Positions 38,151-51,182 of a stretch of 64,000 bases of DNA are shown piece after piece. This stretch comes from Octopus sinensis. Taxonomy: Eukaryota. The notes beneath the pieces are model-generated. The model ran no database searches and was not told the origin of the DNA. It worked only from the letters and a program-made list of their open reading frames with translations. The stretch lies in the NCBI RefSeq assembly GCF_006345805.1, contig NC_043002.1:682001-746000 (forward strand), read 5' to 3'. How positions within the stretch are numbered: position 1 is the stretch's first letter; every line of letters starts with the position of its first letter. The position numbers were made by a program, and so were the translations under genes.

Positions 38151-39245
38151 GAAATCGAGTGGTAGCTGTCTCTCATCTCTTGGATTGATGTCTTGTAAGA
38201 TCACACCATTGCTGCACGTGCTGCTGGGATTCTCTCTGGTTCACACCGTATCAAGCCATGGATGTTCCAAAACTTGGTTTTGTCATTTCCAACAACAGGT
38301 AGATGTAGAGGATGATGCATCAACTCTCACACCTAAGCAGACGAGGGCATACTTTGATTTTGCCTGACTTCTACATCGAAATGTCATTCACTTGCACCTA
38401 GCCCCTGCAGACCAAACATTCTCGCCAACTCCTTAAAAAAAACCTTGTAAATATCTGCCAATAGGGTTGTGTGAATATTGTCTTCAACAGTATAACGACA
38501 CAAGCACTCCCCCTGTTACCTGGCTGCTTTGCCTTCATCAGTGGCTCTCTGGAATCTTTTTCCTGGCACAGTTTTTACTTGCAGCCATCAACTGCATTGA
38601 TTCATGACCTCGGTGACCCTATGAAGACCATAGACACAGCTCCTTCAGTCTGACCCCTTCAATAAAATAAACAAAAAAGGGGGAGGGGATATGGCAGGTA
38701 ATTATCTAAGTTAAAATCCATAGATGGAATAAACTTGAGGATTAATCTGGAACCCTTTTTTAGTTTTTGAAAACAAGTTGCCACTATTTATTTCTTTTTT
38801 ATTGATAACATCTCTAGAAGTCATCCAACTGAGTCTCATTCCTTTTTTCAAATTATTTCACTAATTTGTTTTCAGATTTCTTCTAAATGTTCTAAAAGAA
38901 GACGTTAGTTGCCTCTTTAACATCCATTAACATTTCTAAAGCAATGTGTCTTTGTTACGTCAGTGTTCAATGAAAGGTAAGTGTCAGAGCTAAATTGTTA
39001 GGTATAAAGCAAAAGACAAAACTGTTTAAGATTTGAAATACAAACTGGTTGAAAGCTTTCCAGTTGGCCAGCTCCTGTCAAGCTGTCCAACCAACATGGA
39101 CAACAGACATTAAATAATGATGATGATGATATACATTTTATTTAGTGTATATATATATATATATATATCTATATATATATATATATATATATACGTTTTA
39201 TTATTTGTATGTGTGTGTATATATATATATATATGTTTTATTATT

Positions 39246-39309
<64 letters not shown>

Positions 39310-39376
39310 TATATTTCTAAATTGAATTTTTCCCTGTAAGTTAGGAATATTATTCCCTCAAATTATATATATATAT

Positions 39377-39440
39377 ATTGGGTTGGCAAGAAAGTAACTT
39401 CGATTTTCACAAATAGAATTACGATTTTTTTTAATGACTT
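39377..39440 (+). mobile_element. Mariner terminal inverted repeat remnant
   Basis: TA-TTGGGTTGGCAAGAAAGTAA resembles mariner TIRs as I recall them. No partner end was found. Confidence 0.45.
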
Positions 39441-39469
39441 TTGTTAATGATTCCATACTTTGCTTCCAC

Positions 39470-41230
39470 AACTAAAATTTCTTCTCTCGTCCGAGTAGTG
39501 ATTCAGCTATAAGAACAAAATCATCAGCATAAAGGAGCTGCCAGGGGCAGCCCAAGTTAAATTCCTCTGTTATTGCCTGGAGGACTATGATGAACAAGAG
39601 GGGTTTGAAGACTGACCCTTGGTGAACCCCTACTTGTACACTGAATTCATTGGTATACTTGTTGCTAACTCTCACCTTACTGACAACATCCCTGTACACG
39701 GCTTGTAAGGCTCTCACCAACCATTTCTATCCGTAGTTTCTGCGTTGACCACCAGATAAGGGAGCAGGGAACCCTGTTCAAGGCTTTCTCCATGTCAACA
39801 AAAGCCAAGCACAGAGGTTTATCTTTGGCTAACTACTTCTGCAGCTGTCTTACCAAGAACATAGCCTCAGTGGTGCTCCTCTCTGGCACAAAACCAAACT
39901 ACATCTCATCTACACTAACTTTCTTCTTAATTAGTTGGGTTATGATCCTCTCAGTAACTTTCATCTCCTGATCCAACAATTTGTCACCTTTACCTTTGTA
40001 GCAGTTGACTATGGTGCTGCTACACTACTCACTGGGTATGACTCCCTCGCGTACAACCTAAACGACTATACTGGTGACTAGACCATAACCCACACCACCA
40101 GATATTTTAAGCATCTCAGCAGTGATTCCTGATGGGCCAGGGGCTTTCCCTCTTTTCATATCCTCCATGGCTTTGTCTTTACCAAGCTGCTGTCTATTCA
40201 GATAGCTGCTTACTCTGTTGGATCCACATTGGACATTTAGCAGCCTTTCACAGTGGCACTTCTTCCAAGCCTCTTCCTTAGCAGAGTCACCAACTGCAAG
40301 TGAACGCATTCCTTTCCAACAACTTCACAATACTCTCACACACTGCCTCACAAATGTCACCCTAGGTCTTGTTGGGACTTTGTTCCAACCACAAATTTGA
40401 CCTGTGGCTCTCAGTAAGTTGTGTTGTATGAATTTCCAGTTATCGTCTGTGTTACATGTCTGTAACTCCTCCTCCTCCTAATTAAATGCTTCAGTTAGGA
40501 TGTCTCTAAACTTCTGACTATTCAAAGGAGCCTTAAGCTTCCAGATCCTTCTTTTCCAAACTGGCTTGCTTCTTGGAATCCTTTATGCCTGTAGTTTGAA
40601 GCCACTAGAGTCTAATCTATGCTGAAGCGAACATTCTTCACCTGGGAAAGTCTTTCCATTTATGAGCAACTCTGAATGTTGCTTTCTGGTGAGAATGTCG
40701 TCAGTGTGGTTGGCATGGTCACCAAATTTATAGGTTATCAGATGATTAGATGGTTTCCTGAAGTCAGTGTTGCAGATCATCAGGTCATTTTTCATCACAG
40801 AACTCCAACAGCCTTGTTCTCTCCTCATCTTGGGACCAATTCCACAGTCCCCTTGTACCCTATGGAAGACACTTGGATGCTGCCCAACATCTCCATTGAA
40901 ATCACCAGCCACAAAGATATGGTTACTGTCATTTGTCTTTGAGGTATCCTGTCGTAAAAATGATCCTTTTTCCCATTTGGTTTGGAGGCATAAGCAGAGA
41001 TTGCTGCTGTGCTATTCCGCAAAACTAGTCTGAGCTTAAATACCCTGTCACATACTCAGACTACCTCAGTCACCTTACCCATTTCTCTGCTAGAAGTATG
41101 CCCACACCTCCTACCCTGTTGCAGTTGCCCTCCCAGAAGAATTCATACCTATGCTTTTTACCTGTGTGGAACTTGGCTGTAGTTCCCCCCCCCCTTAGAT
41201 CTCACCAGTCTTACAGTGCCAACCCTGAGT
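39470..41230 (-). mobile_element. Degenerate RTE LINE spanning the endonuclease N-terminus to RT
   Basis: Minus-strand LRVGT, SAYA, AGDFNG, APGPSGITAEMLK, HQGSV and LYADD. Confidence 0.9.
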
Positions 41231-41899
41231 GAATGTACAAGGAGGTAGCATGGGGAGGGGGAATAATGGCTTTCGGCATCTGAAAAGGTTTAATGAGCTT
41301 TTGCCAATAGATCTAGCATAACAGTTGCCCTCTCATTTAAACCACCATCATTCATGTTACACCTGCTGCCACCACCAGAAGTATTAGTACAGACACAAGT
41401 AACAATAATAACAATAATAATAATAAAAATGGTGGAAACTAACTGATTAATTATTGTTGCCTCCATTGGAAGTGGGTGCTGTAGTCCAGCATTAGTACAA
41501 GCAATGTTAGTACAATATATGTATATATTTATAATCATGCTGATGATGATAATATATTATCTATCTTTCTATACACAAACATTCACTCTCTCTACTTTTC
41601 ACATTTTGATGGGATCAGCAGAGAAGTTACGCAGTTCAGTGAGGGATTCATCTAATTTAATGCAGACAGCAATTATAGATAAAAGTTTCAAGCTTACACG
41701 GGTAATGGGAGTCTCTCTCTCACTCTCTACTGTCTAAGCATAAAACTTGAAGTAACTCTTGTATATCTCCTGCATTCATTAAATGATTTGTGTGTGTATA
41801 TGTAAATATATATATATATATATACTTCATGATTCTGTGCTGCTACTGGTTACTTCTCACTCAGAGATTTATTATCGCTTGTTTCTCCTTTTTCGAGAT

Positions 41900-42155
41900 C
41901 AGCGACAGTTTGTCACTGGAAGAAAGCATATAGTATTTTGCGTTTGGAATAAGTTCTCATCGCTAGCTGGTGATTATCACACACTGATGACTGGTTACTA
42001 ATCAGAAACCCAGGTCTGTGTGTATCACATAAGGTTAGATATGGGAACGATGATTTCCCTTTGCAAATAGTAATCGGACACAGACAGTGTGTCATTAGCC
42101 AGCTGGAGATGTCACCCTGGGGCTATAAACAACAGTTGCATCGTCCCCTATGGGT
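41900..42155 (+). mobile_element. Hammerhead-containing non-coding structured element, copy 2
   Basis: Same ordered blocks as 27571-28583: CAG(T/C)GA..TCACTG hairpin, TCTCA..CTAGC.GG, hammerhead, CCCTTTGC.AATA, GGACACAG..TGTC and GGGCTA..AACAAC. Confidence 0.7.
41978..42022 (+). ncRNA. Minimal type I hammerhead ribozyme
   Basis: CACACA-CTGATGA-C-TGGTT(ACT)AATCA-GAAA-CCCAGG-TC-TGTGTG. Stem I extends via GTGAT/ATCAC; GUC triplet, predicted cleavage after C42016. Confidence 0.82.
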
Positions 42156-42714
42156 CCACCACATTTAGGTGGCAAATATACTTCACGATGTATGTATACA
42201 TATATATATTAATTATAATGACCCTCATCAAGGCTGTTTACAAGCTAAGTTCGGTGCCAGCATAATGTAATGAACCAAGACATTTCACTTAAGTGACTTC
42301 TTTGCTGAAGGGAAAGAATCATTAGCTTAATTATGATTAAATCCAGGGTATGGAGATAACGATGGGCAATGTAATGGTGTGTTGTTGTTGTTGGCAGTCT
42401 AGTGTCATCTGTGGGCATGTTTTGGAGTCATTAGAACTCCTCAGCAAAGGCTAACATTTACCAATACTAGCAGATAAATGCAACTGGAGAGAGAGAGAGA
42501 AGGAGAGGAACGCTTGAATCGTGAGAGAGGTGATGAAAGTGTAAAAAGCCAGGGATTCTCTGCGTGAAATAACAAATGCAGAGGTGACCATGTTTGTTTT
42601 TAAATTTCATCTGAAACAAACAAAATAATTATTTTTATTGATAAAACTTTATATTAATGGTGGACATAAGCAGTTGGACTTGTTGCTATGAGACAGAAGA
42701 GTCTTAGGTATCAT

Positions 42715-43160
42715 TCATCGTCATCATTTGATGTTTGTTGTCCATGCTGACATGGATTGGGCAGTTTGACCAGAACTGCAAGCTGGGGAGCTACACCAGA
42801 CTCCAGTCTGATTTAGCATGGTTTCTATGGCTGAATGCCCTTCCTAACATGCCAATCACTTTACAGAGTGTGCCGGGTGCTTTTACGTGGCACTGCCATG
42901 AATGCTTTTCATCACCAGAGGGGTCAGTCTTGACACTTGCGTACAAGGTGCCAGACATCTCCCCTGAAGGTTCAGCCCCCTGAGCTTGTTCTTCAGTCCT
43001 TCATCCCATGTCTTCCTGAGCCTCTATCAAACTGCTACCCTTACATTACACACCCGGTGGAGCCTGCTAGCCTCATTCCTATCTGACCTTTGCATGTCCT
43101 CTGCATTCATGGCCCACATCTCTCTACCATCTACAACTGCTGTCTGTATACATGCATCAA
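42715..43160 (-). mobile_element. Old RTE 3' fragment
   Basis: (CAT)n tail and a degenerate conserved 3'-UTR. Confidence 0.7.
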
Positions 43161-43975
43161 CAGCAACCATCATCAACCTGGCAGGCATTGGTTTGTTGCT
43201 TCAGCACCCACACTTTATATTTCTTTTTTATTGATTCCACAAACATTCTCCTCGTACAGAATGTTCTAGAAGCTTCCATCACTGCTCACGGCAGAGATTT
43301 TTCTCTTTCCAAGAAATGTACCACTTCCTACCTTCTTCATTGCTACACTTTCCATACAAACACAGGTCAGAGACTACTAGAAAGAACAGCTAAATTTCTT
43401 TCATATTACTCTATAGTCTTACAAAAAAAGGAAAGATGATATCATAATACTGAGTAAAAGCAAAATAACACTGGACGGTCACATCTGGAGTGCTTTTAAC
43501 CCCCTGTCTGCTTGATCCAAGCTAATATGGTTTAAACATCAATCAACATTGTCATCTTTCCATCATACCTTAACTCCTTTGATACCAACCCACTTGTGGC
43601 CATCACTGCTTTTGTGATACAAACTTTGGTTTAAATTAAAACCTTCCAACAAAGCTTCTTGCTAATTTCAATCCCAAACATCAACTTAATAACAACAAAG
43701 TTTTTTTTTACTAAATTCTTCATTATTTTAAAAATAAATTGAAACAAAATTTGTGTGGGAAATGGTAATGAAACGGTAAACTAGTGCCTCTTGTTTTACC
43801 AAAGCCGTCACTGATTTCCTTTCCTAAAGGCTGAACACATTTAGTATTGATTCAGGTGCAAATAACGAATTAACTTTTAATATAAGTTTGTTGGTTTTCC
43901 AATGCCTCTGTTTCTTTTGGAGATCATAATTTTTGGTATCATTAACAACTATACTACTACTACTACTACTACTCT

Positions 43976-44389
43976 AGGTACAAGACTTGAAATCTGAGGT
44001 GAGCAGGTGAGTTGATTATATTGACCCCAGTGCTCAACTGGTACATATTTTATCAACCCCACCGAAAGGATAAAAGATAAAGTCTACCTTGGTGCAATTT
44101 GAATTCCGTGCCTAAAGACTGACAAAATGTCATTAAGCATTTACCTGGTGTACCTGCTCACCGTTTCAACAATAATAATTGTTTCTAATATAAGCACAAG
44201 GCCTGCAATTTTAAGGGTAGGGGCAAATTGATTGCATCAACCCCAGTGCACAACTGGCACTCATATTATTGACCCCACTAAAAGATAAAAGGCAGAGTTG
44301 ACCTCAGCAGAATTTGAACTCAGAACCTAAAGATGAATGTCACTAAGCATTTCACCTGACATGCTAATGATTCTGCCAACTCACCACCT
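43976..44389 (-). mobile_element. Two tandem copies of a second tRNA-derived SINE (Nin/Deu-domain-like)
   Basis: Copies at 43976-44163 and about 44180-44389. B-box GAGTTCAAATTC and core ...CTTTTATC(C)TTT...GGGGT..ATAA..TGTACCAGTTG.GCACTGGGGT. The domain name is from memory. Confidence 0.75.
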
Positions 44390-44720
44390 TAAATAATAAC
44401 AACAACAACAACAACAATAATAATAATAATAATTTCCTTTAATTGAAGAGAAATACTGTTGAGCCGAAGTATTTAGGAAGATTTAGTATCTCAATAAGTG
44501 AAATGAAAGTGAAAGTTGTTGAGGAGAGAAATCTTTGTTATGTGAGTGTGAAGACAGGTTTATAATTTGATTAAGCACAAAGAATATCTGGGGGTGAAAC
44601 TGTTTCATATTTTATTGATTGTGGAGTGGGGGGCAGGGGTTGAAAGTAAGGTTAACCCATGTTTGAAATCAACAATATTCTTATAAGAGATAATTAATGA
44701 TTAAAATTAAAAACAACTGT

Positions 44721-45173
44721 CATCATCATTGTTCGACCGTGGTTGAGACAATGGAATTTACTATGTTACGCCAGACTTCACAGTTCATCATAGCATTACG
44801 GAGGTCCTGTTGCTGGATGCCTGTATCCCTGGAGATTACATCAGGGTAGGAGAGTGCGCGCCCTCTGGTATCATGAGCAGAGGGCTTCCAGAGGAGAAGA
44901 GTAGAAATTACCTCGTTTTCAGCTTTACAACAATGTCCAGCAAACTGAACTCTTCTACCTTTCACAAGAGATGATACAGGTGGTAATTTCCAATATATTT
45001 GTACTTTGGTTGGATGACGCTTCCACGAGAAATTTTGAGCTGTTATAAGGAGGTGAGTGTAGGTTCCATCCAACTGCCTCTCAAGCTTCTTTGATAACGT
45101 CCAGGTTTCTGAGCCATATTGTAGAATTGGTTTGACTGTGGCTTTGAAGATCTTAAGTTTGAAATCTCTACTT
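44721..45173 (-). mobile_element. RTEX-like LINE 3' fragment (same family as 4627-5478)
   Basis: DGTYTHLL...SYPDVISRDTGI...STTVEQ. 10-bp TSD AAACAACTGT at 44711-20 and 45174-83. Confidence 0.9.
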
Positions 45174-45257
45174 AAACAACTGTAATGGGCTAACTTTATG
45201 CTAATTTAGACAATTAACTATTTTTAATGCCCCCCCCCCCTTTTTTTTCTTCAGAAC

Positions 45258-45381
45258 ATGAAGCAATGGACAAGAACACAAGTATATGATGGATTGCACC
45301 GAGCATCTGTGTGGACTTTACTTGGAATTACAGGCTACGGCCTTACTGTGCTGGGCTCATATGCCTTCAGGTATTTCAGAG
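45258..45381 (+). CDS. COX14: COX14-like cytochrome c oxidase assembly factor, coding exon 1 (MKQWTRTQVYDGLHRASVWTLLGITGYGLTVLGSYAFRYFR)
   Basis: Polypyrimidine-TTCAG acceptor at 45254, ATG at 45258 and phase-1 donor G|GTAAGA. The D-x-(L/I)-H-R motif plus a single TM helix resembles yeast Cox14 as I recall it. Confidence 0.75.
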
Positions 45382-45954
45382 GTAAGATTTTTTTGTTAGT
45401 TTACATTTGAAGCCTAAATTTAGAGAAATCAGAGTTAACTACAATATACTGCAGTGGTAATTATATTTATTTGTGTGTCGAAGCTAGACTTAATGTGTCA
45501 CAATATAATTTGATGATAGGATGGCAATTTTGTCAGATGATGATGGCAAGTTCCGTAACTCATTGTGCCTTAGGAACAGCAGAATGGATTTAATTTTCTT
45601 CAAACTGTATGTCAAGAATCAATCAGCAAGACAAAGACTATTTCAAACATGAAAACTGTGCAAATAACAAAACATGTCTCTGCTTGACATTGTTGTTACT
45701 GTTAGTGGTTTGAACCATTGACGACAGTTTTGTGTCTCCTTCACTCTTGGGACTGGGTAAAATGTACCAAACTAGGTCTCTTCCCACATAAGTCAATGGA
45801 AATATTTGCGAATTCTAATCTGGTCAGATATATTTAGAAGTCTTATGTTCTTTACTGTCAGCACAATGGCTTAGTAAAACCAACTGTTGTCTCTCTCTCT
45901 CTCGACAACAAAGATTTTGTCTCTGTGGACAAAGTACACACTAAGGGGTCCTGA

Positions 45955-46112
45955 AGGCAGTGAGCTGGCAAAATGCCTGGCAGCATTTCATCCGCCTCTA
46001 TGTTCTGAGGTCTACTTTGTCTTTCAATCTTTCGGGATCACTAAAATAAGTTCCTGTTGAGCACTAAGGTCACTGTAATTGACTCTAAACTTACAGGCCT
46101 TGTGCCCGGAGG
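45955..46112 (+). mobile_element. Degenerate Nin/Deu-like SINE
   Basis: GGCAGTGAGCTGGCA head and core TTTCAATCTTTCGGGATC...AAAATAAGT. Confidence 0.65.
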
Positions 46113-46114
46113 AG

Positions 46115-48628
46115 GAGCTACAATTCTGTGACACAGCAGGCAGCTGGGAATTCTTGCGAGACTGACCAAATTTGTGGCTGGTGCAAAGTCCCTTCCAGAC
46201 CTAGGATAACATGGTAGTGGAACAATACTGTAGACAGGGCCATTGGAGCCTGAAATCCTGGAAGAGTTGGGGTAGCTGGAGACTGTATCAGATAGCCAAA
46301 AGGGAAGCTAAGGGACAGGTATATATAGCCAAGGGTGTAGCAGAAAAGAAGAAGTTTGCCAATGTTCAGTGACATGAGGACCAGAGAACTGAAATATTTT
46401 GGATTGCAAGGCGGTGTGTGAGAGAAAACCATGATGTCATAGGAAAGGAATGTGTATGTATGGATGATGGTGTCCTTGCGTCTAATGTTCTGCAAAGAAA
46501 GAGGCTTGGAGAGGCCATTATGAAAGACTGCTGAATGTGTAGAATGAATGGGAGGAGGAGAGCCTGCCAAATGTTAACCCAGTAGAGGGTCCAGCTACCG
46601 GAATCGACAGTATCCTGGTATATAAAGCAATTAAAGATATTAAGACAGGGAAAGCCCCTGGCCCGTCAGGAATCACTGCTGAGATGCTTAAAATATCGGG
46701 TGGTGTGGGTTATGGTCTTGTCACCGGCATCGTAAATCAGGTAGTTCATGAAGGAGTCATACCCAATGACTGGTGTAGCAGCACCATAGTCAACTACTAC
46801 AAGGGGAAAGGTGATGCTTTAGATAGAAATAACTACAGGGGTATCAAATTATTGGATTAGGTGATGAAAATTACAGAGAGGGTCATAGCCCAACTAATTA
46901 GGGAGACAGTTAGCCTAGATGAGATGCAGTTTGGTTTTGTGCCAAGCAGAAGCACCACTAATGCTATATTTCTGGTAAGGCAACTACCTAGCCAAAGATA
47001 AACCTTTGTACTTGGCTTTTGTTGACTTGGAGAAAGCCTTTGACAGGGTCCTCTGGTGGTCAGTGCAGAAACTGGGGATAGACGAATGACTAGTAAGAGC
47101 TGTACAGGGATGCTGTCAGTAAGGTGAGCATTGGCAACAAATACAGCGAAGAATTCCGGGTAGAAGTAGGGGTTCACCAAGGATCAGTCCTCAACCCCCT
47201 CTAATTCATTATAGTCCTCCAGGCAATAACAAAGGAATTCAAGACAGGCTGCCCTTGGGAGCTCCTCTATGCTGATGACCTTGCTCTAATAGCTGAGTCA
47301 CTGCCAAAGCTGGAGACAAAGTTTAGGGTGTGGAAGCAAGGTCTAGAATCGAACGGCCTTAGAATCAATCTAGCAAAATCCAAAGTCCTAGTAAGTAGGA
47401 AAGCTGTCAAATCACAAACCCCTTCAGGTAGATGACTCTGCTTGACCTGTAGAAAAGGTGTGGGTAGAAACTCCATAAAATGTACCTGGTATAAGCTATG
47501 GACACATAAGAGGTGCAACAATATCAGAGAAAGGTTAATCAGAAAAATAGTTTTTGTGTGTGGCAGATGCACGGGGGCAATAAACGCAGAACATGTACAG
47601 AAAACAGATTCCAGCACATGCCAGGGGAAGAAACTAGAAATAGTTAATAGCTTCTGCTATCTAAGCGACCAAGTCTGTAGTTGGGTTGGTTGCTGTGAGA
47701 GTGTAGTGACTAGAGTAAGGATAGCCTGGGCAAAGTTCAAGGTGCTCCTACCTCTGCTGACAATTAAGGGCTTCTCGCTCAGGGTGAAAGGTAGACTGTA
47801 TGATGCATGTGTGCAAACAGCCATGCTACATGGCAGTGAAACATGGGCTATGAATGCTGAGGACATGCATAGGCTCGAAAGAAATGAAGCTAGTATGATC
47901 TGCTGGATGTGTAATGTCAGTGTGCACACCCGACAGAGTGTAAGCACTCTGAGTGAAAAGTTGGGCATAAGAAGCATCAAATGTGGTGTGCAAAAGAGAT
48001 GACTGCACTGGTACGGCCATGTGTTATGTATGAATGAAGATAGCTGTGTGAGGAAGTGCCACTCCTTACCTGTAGAAGAGGTAGACCCTGGAAAACATAG
48101 GATGAGGTGAAGCATGATCTTTGAACACTGGGCCTCACAGAGGCAATGACAGGAGACTGGGACCTTTGGAGATATGTTGTGATTGAGAAAACCTGGCAAC
48201 TAAAGTGAGATGGCAGCCACACATGTTCAGCCCTGTTAAAAATACTCCTGATGCGTTGGGTGATATGATATGCTTGAGAAGACCTGTTGAGTCAAGTAAA
48301 ACCAATATTGTAGCTGGGGCCGGTGCCCCCTGACTGGCTCCCGTGCTGATGGCATGTAAAAAGCACCAACTAATTGTGACCGATGGCACATAAAAAGCAC
48401 CATCTGAACGTGATCGTTGCCAGGCCCACCTTACTGGCTCCTTTGCCAGTGGCATGTAAAAAGCCACTACACTCTCAGAGTGGTTGGTGTTAGGAAGAGC
48501 ATCCAACTGTAGAAACTCTGCCAAACCAGATTGGAGCCTGGTACAGCTGCTGGTTCTCCAGACCCCAGTCAAACCGTTCAACCCATACCAGCATGGAAAA
48601 CGGACGTTAATCAATAATGATGCTGATG
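46115..48628 (+). mobile_element. Degenerate RTE LINE in the COX14-like intron
   Basis: Linker-to-tail similarity to 12.7-15.8 kb with many stops and frameshifts; about three 3'-UTR units. Confidence 0.92.
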
Positions 48629-50605
48629 AATATAAGGTGGAAGACACCTGATTTGATGCATAAAAGAAGTGGAGAGTAATTAGCTGAATAGGATCCATTT
48701 CTTTAAGTTGCTTGGATCATCCTAACCAGCTGAATTCTCTCTCCTCACTAATCACCTTCCACTTAATTATCACATTGTAACAGTAACCTTTTGCCCAACA
48801 AAATAAAATCTTTGTGGCCAAGGGATAATAATTCTCTCTAATCAACCTTTTCCCAACTCACCAAGCAATTTATTTCTTACTTTTCAGTCCTCACTCAATG
48901 AATTTCATTGCATTTGCTGTTCCGGGTACTTCTTTTTTTTTTTCATCTTAGCATGCCGACTTCTTCCAAGTCTCAAATCTTTTCTGCAGTTCTTCCATAA
49001 CAATCATTCATTGCCCTCACACAGTCATCTTTCAGTTTCCACACTTTTCCTCTGCTTCTGACCAACATGGGCATTAAATGATGATGATAATATTTGTATC
49101 GCAAAACGAGTTCGATTCATATTTATTCCTTTTAACACAACTCTATACACTTTGTTTGTTCCCCTTCATTTCTCTTAATCATCAACATATAACATCCATT
49201 TTACAGTTGGATGGACAGGGTCATTAAATTTCCTGTTATAACGAATATTCCTGTCTTTGTTGTAGTCCAGCATAAATCCTCACAAAACCAATACTTTTGT
49301 ACGTTTATTCTGTTTTTGCAGACATGTTGAGCAGTCATTGCTTTAGCTGTAACGATTAGACCAGTAGTTCATGCTCGTTACCTCCAATTACGTTGCTTGT
49401 TCATTCCTCCTCAGCTGTTCTACAATTATCACTCATTCACAACTTCTGCTATGGGCTCTGCTTGTTGCAATACTTATCCCACAATTTCTTTATATTCTAG
49501 CACATTTATTTGCTTCTCCTGTTTATCCACAATGACATTGAATTATCACAAACAAATATCCTTTAACTTGGGGTCATTGCTGTCGGTCGAACTGCTCTGT
49601 AACAGTCAGCAATATCCACGTCTGGCATCATTATGGCTAACCACTATCAGCTTGAGATCTTTCTGAAATATGATTGTTCATTTTATTCTAGAACAATACT
49701 GCTATTATCATCATCATCATTTAATGTCTGTTTTCTATGCTGGCATGGGTTGGATAGTTTGCCCTTCCTAACACCAACCACTTTACAAGAGAGTGCCGAG
49801 TGCTTTTCAAGTGGCACCATCACCAACAGAATGCCCACATAACTTGCAGGACAAAACCCTCGTCAGCTGGGAGGAGAGAGTAGTGTTGAGTGGGGTGGCT
49901 TTGTGTTAGTTGATGAGAGATTGAAGCATAGGGGGTCAGGGATGGGTGTCTTGCTGTAGATTCATGGATACCCCAACTGGAAAGGAGAGTGAATTAGAGA
50001 GTAAGATGAAGAGAATGATAGGGAGAGAGAGAGATGGTGGCAAAGATTTGTTAGGACATGCCCTCGAGGAATGGGTGAGCGAACAGGATAGAGGTGACCA
50101 AGGCAAACGATGGAGAGATGTATAGGAGAAGCTTGTGGGGTGGGTGCAGTAGAGAGCATTTAGTAGAGACAGGGGAAGATAATGGGAAGTGGGTCAGCGT
50201 AGGGGAAGGAAGGCAACTGAGAAAGCTGGGGGCAGGATGAATGTGCCTATTCTACTCTCAGGTGATAGAGGATGAAAGGTGGTGGGAGAAGAGGATAGAG
50301 TTAAAGGTGTCATTTGAGCATTGGGCCTCATGGAGGCAATGTGACCAATGCCAGTGGCACGTAAAAGCACTCATTACATTTTTGGAGTGGTTGGCATTAG
50401 GAAGGGCATCCAGCCATAGAAACCATGCCAAAGCAGACTGGAGTCTGGTGCAGCCCCTCAGCTTACCAGCCAACCCATGCCCGCATGGACAACAGACGTT
50501 AAATGAAGATGATGATGATAATGATATTTGTAATGTTGGGTTTAAATTTATAGCTGGATAATTATCCAGTTGTTAGGCAGACAGTGAATTGGTTGGGTTT
50601 GGTAA

Positions 50606-50961
50606 TCTTTTATTTGTTTGTCATTTGACTGCAGCCATGCTGGAGCACTGCCTTAAAGGGTTTTAGTCAAACAAATCAACCTCGGGACTTATTCTTTGGA
50701 AGCCTAATTATTTTATCAGTCTCTTTTTACTGAACCATTACACAGATGTAAACCCACCAACATCAGTTGTCAAGCGATGGAGTGGGGGACGGACACACAA
50801 CAGGCTTCTTTCAGATTCTGTCTACTAAATCCACTCACAAGGCTTTGATCGACCCAAGGTTATAGCAAAAGACACTTGCCCATGGTACCATGCAGTAGGA
50901 CTGAACCTGAAACTATGTGGTTGGGAAGCAAGCTTCTTACCACACAACCACGCCAGCACCT
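50606..50961 (-). mobile_element. CORE-like tRNA-derived SINE, near full length
   Basis: Reverse complement matches 9521-9910 without the internal microsatellite. Confidence 0.85.
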
Positions 50962-51182
50962 ATGAAAACATTTCTAGAAAAAGTGTTGTAAAACATTAAA
51001 AACCCTCTCTAATCAGTTTTAGCAAAGAATCTCTGAATGCTCTTCAATGAGCAAAAAACAACCATAAAACATTCCCATTCCTTAAGTTCAATTTCTATGG
51101 CTGTTGCAGTTTTTACCTGATATTGTAAATTAGCAGAGTTTTGGACTTAATGATTTTCAGCAGACGTTTATTTCCTAAAATG

